A DNA stretch of 55,946 nucleotides. It comes from Patescibacteria group bacterium UBA4664 (GTDB lineage: Bacteria > Patescibacteriota > Saccharimonadia > CAILAD01 > BJGX01). The stretch is from the NCBI GenBank assembly GCA_943354915.1, contig CALRDO010000001.1, positions 1 through 55,946 of the forward strand, read 5' to 3'. The position numbers and the translations under genes were made by a program. The notes below the pieces were generated by a model that was not told the origin of the DNA, did not search any database, and was given only the letters and a program-made list of their open reading frames with translations. The first letter of the stretch is position 1. Each line of letters opens with the position of its first letter. Shown piece after piece: positions 18,192 through 25,458 of this stretch.

Positions 18192-19367
18192 ATGAAATCT
18201 AAAGATATACTAAACGATTTGTTGACGCGCAATGTAGAAGACCTGATTGTGCGCAGTGAGCTCGAGAAAAAATTAAAATCAGGCAAAAAATTAAGAATCA
18301 AGCTCGGTATCGACCCAACCGGATCGAGGATACACATTGGGCGCGCTGTACCACTCTGGAAGCTCCGCCAGTTTCAGGATTTAGGGCACCAGATAACATT
18401 CGTGGCTGGTACTTTTACGGCACAGATTGGCGATTCATCCGATAAGCTCTCGGAGCGTAAAATGCTCTCTAGCGAGGAGGTCGCCGAGAACTTCAAGAGT
18501 TACCATGCCCAGCTCTCTAAGATTTTGGATATGGACAAGGTAGAGATGTTTCACAATGGCGACTGGTTTGAAAAGATGCGCCTACATGAGTTTTTTAAGC
18601 TGACTAGTCTATTTACCATCCAGCAAATGATTGAGCGCGAGAACTACGCCAAGCGCATCGAGGCTAATAAGCCGGTTGGATTACACGAGACACTCTACGC
18701 CTTGCTGCAAGGCTACGATAGTGTGCAGATGAAAACGGATCTTGAAGTTGGAGGCACCGACCAGCTATTTAATATGCTGGCAGGCCGAACCGTCCAAAAA
18801 GCCTACGGCCAGAACCCCCAAAATGTTATGACTTTTCATATCCTAGAGGGCGCTGATGGGCGCAAGATGAGTACATCTTGGGGTAATTGTATTTACATTG
18901 ATGATCAGCCACTTGAGATGTACGGCAAAATAATGACCATCCATGACGAGCTAATACCGGCATATTTTAAGATGGCAACTGATATGCCAATGGATTTAAT
19001 TGCCCAGATTGAAAAGGATATGTCACTCGGCGATAACCCACGCGACACCAAAGCCAGCCTGGCTCGCGCAGTAGTAGCTCGCTACTACGATAGTAGAACA
19101 GCCCTAAAGGCCGAAAAAGCCTGGGAAAACCAGTTTAGGGCCGGCGAGAAGCCATCTGATATTGAAAATTTTAAAACTAAAAAAGGCACAGCTATAGATG
19201 TTGTGGCATTAGCTTTTGATCTAAGTAAATCTGAAGCCCGCCGACTATTAGCCCAAGGCGGAATCAAAATTGATGATGAAGTATTAAAGGACACAGAACG
19301 TAAAATAACTAAAAACTGTTTATTGCAGCTGGGTAAAAGACGCTATAAGAATATTCAGGTTAGCTAA
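18192..19367 (+). CDS. tyrS: Tyrosine--tRNA ligase
   Basis: 391 aa class I aaRS with a HIGH-like motif (RIHIGRA), a KMSKS-like motif (KMSTS) and a C-terminal S4-like domain (SKSEARRLLAQGGIKIDDEVL). Confidence 0.85.
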   Translation: MKSKDILNDLLTRNVEDLIVRSELEKKLKSGKKLRIKLGIDPTGSRIHIGRAVPLWKLRQFQDLGHQITFVAGTFTAQIGDSSDKLSERKMLSSEEVAENFKSYHAQLSKILDMDKVEMFHNGDWFEKMRLHEFFKLTSLFTIQQMIERENYAKRIEANKPVGLHETLYALLQGYDSVQMKTDLEVGGTDQLFNMLAGRTVQKAYGQNPQNVMTFHILEGADGRKMSTSWGNCIYIDDQPLEMYGKIMTIHDELIPAYFKMATDMPMDLIAQIEKDMSLGDNPRDTKASLARAVVARYYDSRTALKAEKAWENQFRAGEKPSDIENFKTKKGTAIDVVALAFDLSKSEARRLLAQGGIKIDDEVLKDTERKITKNCLLQLGKRRYKNIQVS

Positions 19368-19386
19368 AATTATCGTTTTTTGTTCG

Positions 19387-19395
19387 TGTTAGAAT
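19387..19395 (+). promoter_or_regulatory. Possible extended -10 (TGtTAGAAT) 6 nt upstream of the recG ATG
   Basis: tgttagaat at 19387-19395 and ATG at 19402. There is no SD between them. Confidence 0.4.
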
Positions 19396-19401
19396 ATAGC
19401 T

Positions 19402-21435
19402 ATGACTATTAAAAGTTCACTCTCTAGGCTGAAGGGAGTTGGCCCTGTCCTAGAAAAAGCTCTAGCTGACGCTGGTATTTTTACGATTGGCGATTTACTA
19501 GATTATTATCCCCGCAAGTGGGATACCTATTTAGCTATCAAAAGAATCCAAGGTATCCAGCCTGGGCTGGTGAGCTTTGAGGCTAAAATTGAGAGGGTAT
19601 CAATGCGCATTAGCCACCGTAATCGTCGGCTTACTATCACCGAGGCTATCTTGAGCGATAGTACTGGTACCATTAAAGCAATATGGTTTAACCAGCCTTA
19701 TTTGGCGCAGACTTTGATTGCCAATAATTCATACCGATTTAGGGGGAACTACGAGTATAAAAATGGCTACGTTAGCTTGCAGGCGCCAACATTTGAAAAA
19801 CTTTCTACTGCGCCCGTAGCGCAAGAGATAATCCCTATTTATCCCGAAACCAAGCATCTATCCTCGTCCATTATTAGAAAGTTAATCAGCCAGTGCATTG
19901 ATGTTAGTGACCAGCTCGAGGATATTTTACCGAGCGCAATTATTAAAGTTCATAAGCTCTTGCCCAAATCAACTGCAATTTGTTTATTACATACTGCTAA
20001 AACCCAAGATCAACTCATCAGCGCAAAGCGCAGTATTGCTTTTGAGGAAATTTTTGAGTTGGTACTAACAGGCCTAGTTATAAAAAAGAACATTAAAACC
20101 TCAAAGGCTGTTTTGATAAGATATCAAGCAGAGGTTGCCAAAAGGTTTGTCGCCTTGCTTGGCTTTGGGCTGACTAACTCTCAAAAAAAGGCAGCCCATA
20201 CAATTCTACAAGATATCAGCAAGGATGTACCCATGAACCGCTTGCTTGAAGGTGATGTCGGTAGCGGCAAAACATTAGTGGCACTACTAGCCTGCGTCAT
20301 GACTGAGCAGGCTAGCTACCAGTCGGCAATCATGGTGCCAACAGAGATTTTAGCCCGCCAGCATTTTATGAGTTCTCAAAAGCTTTTACAGGCTATGGGG
20401 GTCAAAACAGTTCTGCTAATAGCAAATATGAAAAAAGCCGAGAAGGAAACAGCCCTTAAGCTTATCAGCTCTGGGGAGGTTGATTGTATAATAGGCACCC
20501 ACGCGCTTATTGGCAGTAATGTCCACTACCATAATTTAGGCTTAGTTGTGGTCGATGAGCAACATCGTTTTGGAGTTAACCAACGCTCGAGCCTAAAGGG
20601 GAAGGCGAAAACAATGCCTCATGTCCTGACCATGACCGCTACCCCAATCCCCCGCAGTCTGGCCTTAGTAGTTTATGGCGATTTAGATGTTTCAATAATT
20701 AATGAGCTGCCGCCAGGTAGAAAACCAATTATTACCAAGTTAGTCAAGGATATGGATCGCATCCATGTTTATAAGCACATTGATACCTTGATTGACCAAG
20801 GCCAGCAAGCCTATGTGGTCTGCCCATTAATATCTGACTCTGATAAATTAGGCGCCAAGAGCGTAGAGGGAGAATTTAGAATACTCCAAAAAACTGTTTT
20901 TAAACATCGCCGGATTGGCTTAATACACGGCAAATTAAAGCCAGATGAAAAGTCAGAAATTATGGAGAATTTTAAAAATGGCAAAATCGATATGCTTGTT
21001 GCCACCTCAATTGTAGAGGTCGGCGTTGATGTTCCTAATGCGACCATCATATTAATTGAAGGTGCCGATCGGTTTGGGTTAGCAGCCTTGCACCAATTAC
21101 GAGGTAGAGTCGGCCGTGGTAGCCAGCAGTCGCATTGCTATCTGTTTACAGCGAGTGATAACTTCGATTCGTTAACCCGCCTTGAAGCTCTCGAAAAAAC
21201 TAATGATGGCTTTAAGCTCGCTCAAATAGATTTAGAAACACGCGGTCCGGGAGAAATATATGGCACCACACAACATGGCTTATTAAACTTAAGGCTAGCA
21301 AATATCTTTGACCACGAGCTGGTGTCTGAAGTAAAACAGGCAGCCGAGGCTTTTATTAATAAGCATAATCTGTTAGAATACAGCCAACTCGCCGAGAAAG
21401 TTGATGGTTTAAGAAATATAACTTCACTCGATTAG
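19402..21435 (+). CDS. recG: ATP-dependent DNA helicase RecG
   Basis: 677 aa with a wedge/OB N-terminal region and SF2 helicase motifs GDVGSGKT, DEQHRFG and QLRGRVGRG. Confidence 0.94.
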   Translation: MTIKSSLSRLKGVGPVLEKALADAGIFTIGDLLDYYPRKWDTYLAIKRIQGIQPGLVSFEAKIERVSMRISHRNRRLTITEAILSDSTGTIKAIWFNQPYLAQTLIANNSYRFRGNYEYKNGYVSLQAPTFEKLSTAPVAQEIIPIYPETKHLSSSIIRKLISQCIDVSDQLEDILPSAIIKVHKLLPKSTAICLLHTAKTQDQLISAKRSIAFEEIFELVLTGLVIKKNIKTSKAVLIRYQAEVAKRFVALLGFGLTNSQKKAAHTILQDISKDVPMNRLLEGDVGSGKTLVALLACVMTEQASYQSAIMVPTEILARQHFMSSQKLLQAMGVKTVLLIANMKKAEKETALKLISSGEVDCIIGTHALIGSNVHYHNLGLVVVDEQHRFGVNQRSSLKGKAKTMPHVLTMTATPIPRSLALVVYGDLDVSIINELPPGRKPIITKLVKDMDRIHVYKHIDTLIDQGQQAYVVCPLISDSDKLGAKSVEGEFRILQKTVFKHRRIGLIHGKLKPDEKSEIMENFKNGKIDMLVATSIVEVGVDVPNATIILIEGADRFGLAALHQLRGRVGRGSQQSHCYLFTASDNFDSLTRLEALEKTNDGFKLAQIDLETRGPGEIYGTTQHGLLNLRLANIFDHELVSEVKQAAEAFINKHNLLEYSQLAEKVDGLRNITSLD

Positions 21436-21445
21436 TTATAACATT

Positions 21446-22195
21446 ATGAATTCAGGACTTGTTAGCCACTTAACCAAAGGTAGATTATTAAACTCGATTG
21501 GAACTCACCAAAAATTCGATCGGTCAGCTTACGATTTACTAAAAACTAGGGTTACTAAAGGTAAGTTTCCGCCACGTTCAATGGTACTTAAATTTGAAGG
21601 TTCAGGCGGCCCAGATGGGTTGAAATTTAAGGGCAACTATTCAACAGATCACCTATGGGACCCCGTTAACAAAATTGGCCATTTGCCGCATTGGATAGAA
21701 GTCCACTATAAAAACCTAGTTAAGGCCCTGCGAGCCGGGGATGAGGCCAAGGCGGCTTTTGAAGCAGGTTTTATGGCTCACTTTTTGACCGATAGCTTAA
21801 CTCCTGCTCATCATTTGAGCCACAAATTTATTCTTGAAGAGTACGAAGGCAAAAAATACCGCAAGCGTTGGAAGATTTATGGTCGCAAAGGCCTACTCAG
21901 CAGCCACGTGGCTTTCGAAGCTGGCATTAGTAGTGCCATATTATTTACAAGTATCAAAGTAAAATTTGATAACAACCTACTCTTGGCAATAAAAAAGGAT
22001 GGCATTAGAGAGGTTGTTTTAAGCGAGAGCCTAGCAATTTCAAAACATCAGATGTATGAAAATTTTTTAGATAGAGGCTGGAGTACTAAGCTTGCTAAAA
22101 CTATTAAGGCCACAACTGTCAAAAGGATACCACAGCTTATTGCTGCTGCTTGGTTCAGTGCCTACGAGGAAGCTTACCAGCCAGTCAAAAAATGA
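21446..22195 (+). CDS. Hypothetical protein, possibly of the zinc-dependent phospholipase C / S1-P1 nuclease-like superfamily
   Basis: 249 aa. His/Asp motifs are spaced as in PLC-like zinc hydrolases (GGPDG, DHLWDP, AHFLTDSLTPAHH). The assignment is tentative. Confidence 0.45.
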   Translation: MNSGLVSHLTKGRLLNSIGTHQKFDRSAYDLLKTRVTKGKFPPRSMVLKFEGSGGPDGLKFKGNYSTDHLWDPVNKIGHLPHWIEVHYKNLVKALRAGDEAKAAFEAGFMAHFLTDSLTPAHHLSHKFILEEYEGKKYRKRWKIYGRKGLLSSHVAFEAGISSAILFTSIKVKFDNNLLLAIKKDGIREVVLSESLAISKHQMYENFLDRGWSTKLAKTIKATTVKRIPQLIAAAWFSAYEEAYQPVKK

Positions 22196-22725
22196 TTTCT
22201 ACTAAAATTAGCTCGGGTCTATATGGGGGCCGAGCACTTTTATTGCCACCACAGACAATAACCCGCGCCGTGTCGTCTAAGGTTAGATTGGCAATATTCA
22301 ATAAGCTTGAGGTCGACGGCAAGGTAGTTGTGGATCTTTTTGCTGGTGGGGGAACTCTTGGGTTCGAGGCGCTGAGCCATGGTGCCAAAGCCGTTATATT
22401 TGTAGATATCTCGAGCGCTGCCATTAAGGCTATCCGACAAAACGCAACCAGCCTAGCTGTGTTAAGCTCGGTTGAGATTATAAAAGACGATGCCATGAGG
22501 TTCATTTTAAAAAACAATACCAGCTACGATATTGTTTTTTTGGACCCACCCTACGAGGAATTTAGTAATGACCTAGTCAAATGTGCCTCTAATCTGGTAC
22601 AATTAGGCGGAATTTTGGTTATTAGTTGTTCAAAAAGGTTTAATTTAAGAATTCCGCAGAAATTTAAAGTATTGCATCAAAAAGATTATGGCGACACCAA
22701 AATTGCGTACCTTCAGAAAATATAA
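22192..22725 (+). CDS. rsmD: 16S rRNA (guanine966-N2)-methyltransferase RsmD
   Basis: SAM-binding motif DLFAGGGTLGFEALSHGA and a DPPY motif. The start was set to ATG 22192 (MISTKISSGLYGGR), which forms an ATGA overlap with the upstream stop, rather than the ORF-track start 22150. Confidence 0.85.
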   Translation: MISTKISSGLYGGRALLLPPQTITRAVSSKVRLAIFNKLEVDGKVVVDLFAGGGTLGFEALSHGAKAVIFVDISSAAIKAIRQNATSLAVLSSVEIIKDDAMRFILKNNTSYDIVFLDPPYEEFSNDLVKCASNLVQLGGILVISCSKRFNLRIPQKFKVLHQKDYGDTKIAYLQKI

Positions 22726-22792
22726 ATAGATGTGCCTTTGGTAGTGGTTCGCTATGCAGCGAATGGAAGATACCATTAGCTAATAAAAATTT

Positions 22793-22879
22793 GCCGGGAT
22801 GGTGGAATTGGTAGACACGCCAGTCTTAGGAACTGGTGGGGTAACACCCGTGGAGGTTCGAGTCCTCTTCCCGGTACCA
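22793..22879 (+). tRNA. tRNA-Leu (anticodon TAG), encoded CCA
   Basis: The hand-folded cloverleaf has acceptor GCCGGGA/TCCCGGT, a 3-bp D stem with an AATTGGTAGA loop, anticodon stem CCAGT/ACTGG with loop CTTAGGA, a long variable arm, a GGTTCGAGTCC T-arm and terminal ACCA. Confidence 0.9.
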
Positions 22880-22889
22880 CAGAAAAATA

Positions 22890-22915
22890 CTTCAGCTTGT
22901 CTGGAGTCTTTTTTT
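22890..22915 (+). terminator. Intrinsic terminator after tRNA-Leu
   Basis: Stem cttcag/ctggag (6 bp including one G-U) with loop cttgt, followed by tcttttttt. Confidence 0.6.
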
Positions 22916-23004
22916 ATATGACCAGAGAGGAGACGAGAAACTTTAGGGTTCGGTGCACGAGGAGCTCAGATAAGCTTAAATTTAATTTATCTTTTTATTA
23001 ATTA

Positions 23005-23026
23005 CCACTTTTGGTATCAAAAGTGG
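23005..23026. other. Perfect 9-bp hairpin (ccacttttg-gtat-caaaagtgg) in the non-coding gap
   Basis: The inverted repeat was read directly from the sequence. Confidence 0.7.
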
Positions 23027-23086
23027 AGCAAAAATAACCGACTGTGCTTCGCCCCAATAAGCGCCCCAGACTACCAGGCAATCTGA

Positions 23087-23143
23087 TTTAAGAATAAACT
23101 TGCCCTGAATGCTAGCGCTTCAGGGCTTCAGACAATTCTTAAA
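23087..23143. other. Two-tier 57-nt hairpin in the non-coding gap
   Basis: The outer perfect 9-bp stem is tttaagaat/attcttaaa (23087-23095 and 23135-23143). The inner perfect 8-bp stem is gccctgaa/ttcagggc (23102-23109 and 23119-23126). No U-tract follows on either strand. Confidence 0.7.
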
Positions 23144-23361
23144 TACAAATTAACCCGCCAGTCTGTTGCTTTCTTGGGTCTCGATGTCGGTGTAAGGCAG
23201 ACAACAGACAACAGAAACAGAAGGCAGTGGGCATGTACAGCAAAAGTGATGATTAATGAGATTAGTTTAAAAATAGATATGTTACTACTTGAAAAGTAAT
23301 CCACAAAAAACCACACTACTTAAAGGTAACAAGAAAGGTACTAGAAATTATTATCTCAATC

Positions 23362-23370
23362 TGATATACT
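23362..23370 (+). promoter_or_regulatory. Possible extended -10 (TGaTATACT) 10 nt upstream of the tig ATG
   Basis: tgatatact at 23362-23370 and ATG at 23381. No SD is present in tagtcgcgtt. Confidence 0.35.
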
Positions 23371-23380
23371 TAGTCGCGTT

Positions 23381-24658
23381 ATGATTAAATCTACCCACAA
23401 AAAGAGCGACAGCACAATGACATTGACCATTTCGGTCGATGCCCAGTTCATTGAGCCTTACAAAACAGCCACCTTAAAAAAGCTCAAAAAAGACCTTAAG
23501 GTCGATGGCTTCAGGCCCGGGCATGCACCTGATAATATTGTGGTTCGTGAGCTCGGCGAAGCTAGGGTACAAGCCGAAGTACTAGAGGAAGTGATCGAGC
23601 ATGCCTTTAATAATCAAGTCCGAGAAAACAAACTAGCGAGCCTCGGCTCGCCTAGTATTGAGCTGAAAAAATTTGTTCCATATACCGAGCTAGAGTTTAC
23701 TGCGGAGTTCCCAATATCCCCCACAATTAACTATGATTATTCAAAGCTAAAAATCAAGAAAGCCCTTATTACAATTGAACCATCAAAAATAGATGAAGCA
23801 ATTGAAGTATTACGATCCCAGATGGCTAGCAGGGTGAGCTCTAAGCAACCAATTCAGCAAGGCGATGAAGTGCGGTTTGATTTTGATGGCAAACGGGCAG
23901 GTCAGCCAGTTGAGGGTGCTAGCGCCAAGAACCATACCTTAACAGTCGGGGAGGGTACATTTATACCTGGCTTCGAAGAAAACCTAATTGGCCTTAAGGC
24001 TACTGAAGAAAAAACCTTTGAGGTCACTTTTCCTAAAGACTATCAGGCTCAGGAACTAAAGGGGGCTAAGGTTGATTTTAGCGTAAAAGTTAATGAGGTT
24101 TTTACTGTCAATAAGCCTAAAATTGATGATGAATTCGCAAAAACAGTTGGCAATAAAGCTAATATCAAAGAGTTACGTGATGATATCAAAAAGGTTTTGA
24201 CCGAACAGGAAGAAGCCCAAAAATCTAAGGACTACGAGAATAAGATTTTAGATGAGCTTTTGAAAAAAGCTAAGTTTGAAGTTCCAGAGCAGCTAGTTTC
24301 TCAGCAGACTGCTAAGCTGGAGGAGGAAATGGAGAAGAATCTTCATAATTCTGGTATGGACAAGCAAAAGTACTTGGGATTACAGAAACTTTCTGAAGGT
24401 GATCTAAAGCAAGAAATAACCACCGAGGCAGACAAGCGAGTTCGAGCAGCCCTAATTCTAAAAGATGTTATTGAGAAATACCAATTAGTAGTACCGGCCT
24501 TAGAGCTAGATCAAGAGCTTGCCAAGATGGCCGAGCAGTATAAGAGCGACCCTAAAATCCAAGCAGAGCTTACTCATGACCATTTTAGAGCAGACCTTAC
24601 CAACCATTTACTAACCCAAAAAGCAATTGCTAAGTTAACGCAGTTTGCTAGTGCATAA
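23381..24658 (+). CDS. tig: Trigger factor
   Basis: 425 aa with an N-terminal ribosome-binding region (GFRPGHAP, equivalent to the GFRxGxxP signature), a central FKBP-like PPIase domain and a C-terminal helical domain. Confidence 0.93.
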   Translation: MIKSTHKKSDSTMTLTISVDAQFIEPYKTATLKKLKKDLKVDGFRPGHAPDNIVVRELGEARVQAEVLEEVIEHAFNNQVRENKLASLGSPSIELKKFVPYTELEFTAEFPISPTINYDYSKLKIKKALITIEPSKIDEAIEVLRSQMASRVSSKQPIQQGDEVRFDFDGKRAGQPVEGASAKNHTLTVGEGTFIPGFEENLIGLKATEEKTFEVTFPKDYQAQELKGAKVDFSVKVNEVFTVNKPKIDDEFAKTVGNKANIKELRDDIKKVLTEQEEAQKSKDYENKILDELLKKAKFEVPEQLVSQQTAKLEEEMEKNLHNSGMDKQKYLGLQKLSEGDLKQEITTEADKRVRAALILKDVIEKYQLVVPALELDQELAKMAEQYKSDPKIQAELTHDHFRADLTNHLLTQKAIAKLTQFASA

Positions 24659-24676
24659 CATGGTAAAATAGTATTA

Positions 24677-25267
24677 ATGAAAAATCAGATACTTATCCCA
24701 ACAGTCATAGAGAAAACTAGCCTAGGAGAAAGGGCCTATGATATTTACTCTAGACTCTTAAAAGAGAGAATTATTTTTTTAGGTACAGAAGTCGATGACA
24801 CGGTTGCGAATCTAGTAGTTGCACAGTTATTATTTCTAGAGAGTGAAGATAAGCATGCCGATATTAAGCTTTACATTAACTCACCAGGCGGTAGCGTGAC
24901 TTCTGGCTTAGCAATCTTTGATACGATGGAGCTCATTAAGCCCCATGTCAGTACAATTTGTGTTGGCATGGCCGCCAGTATGGGGGCCTTCTTGCTAGCT
25001 TGCGGGGAAAAGGGCAAGAGATTTGCCCTACCAAATTCACGAGTTATGATACACCAGCCGTCAGGTGGCTTCCACGGTACAGCTGCCGATATAGAGATAA
25101 CAGCTAAAGAGATAATTAAAATCAGAGAAAAACTTAATTTGATATTAGCCGAAAAATCTGGGCAGAAGGTAGCCAAAGTTAGCTCTGATAGCGACCGCGA
25201 CTATTGGATGGATGCGCTAGAGGCAAAAAATTATGGCATTGTGGATAAAGTAGTTGAAAAAAAGTAA
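24677..25267 (+). CDS. clpP: ATP-dependent Clp protease proteolytic subunit
   Basis: 196 aa with the canonical [26 protein letters not shown] and GMAASMG motifs. Confidence 0.96.
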   Translation: MKNQILIPTVIEKTSLGERAYDIYSRLLKERIIFLGTEVDDTVANLVVAQLLFLESEDKHADIKLYINSPGGSVTSGLAIFDTMELIKPHVSTICVGMAASMGAFLLACGEKGKRFALPNSRVMIHQPSGGFHGTAADIEITAKEIIKIREKLNLILAEKSGQKVAKVSSDSDRDYWMDALEAKNYGIVDKVVEKK

Positions 25268-25287
25268 TATTTACTCCTAAAAAACTA

Positions 25288-25316
25288 TTGACGGATGCTT
25301 TTTTTTAGGCTAATAT
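25288..25316 (+). promoter_or_regulatory. Putative promoter for rpoBC (TTGACG-17-TAATAT)
   Basis: TTGACG at 25288-25293, 17-nt spacer, TAATAT at 25311-25316. This predicts a leader of about 135 nt before rpoB. Confidence 0.5.
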
Positions 25317-25458
25317 CTAATTCATAGAGGATGATTAAACTTTTATACCTGGTAATTCCAGTGGGATCTGGAGCTATCTGGTTTTTTATCGGTTTAGAAA
25401 AACCTCTTCTTCATCTTATTAAACAACTTAAGTAATGCAAGAGGAGCTACTATAATAT

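Noticed and set aside
23128-23316. 62-aa minus-strand ORF inside the tRNA-Leu/tig gap
   Set aside because: It has a non-ATG start, no SD and an odd hydrophobic composition, and it overlaps the strong hairpins. It is more likely non-coding, and the region is treated as a candidate ncRNA locus.
22880-23380. Possible integrated-element remnant next to tRNA-Leu
   Set aside because: There is no integrase or transposase ORF, and I found no direct repeat of the tRNA 3' end in the gap. Only a short ggttcg match was seen.
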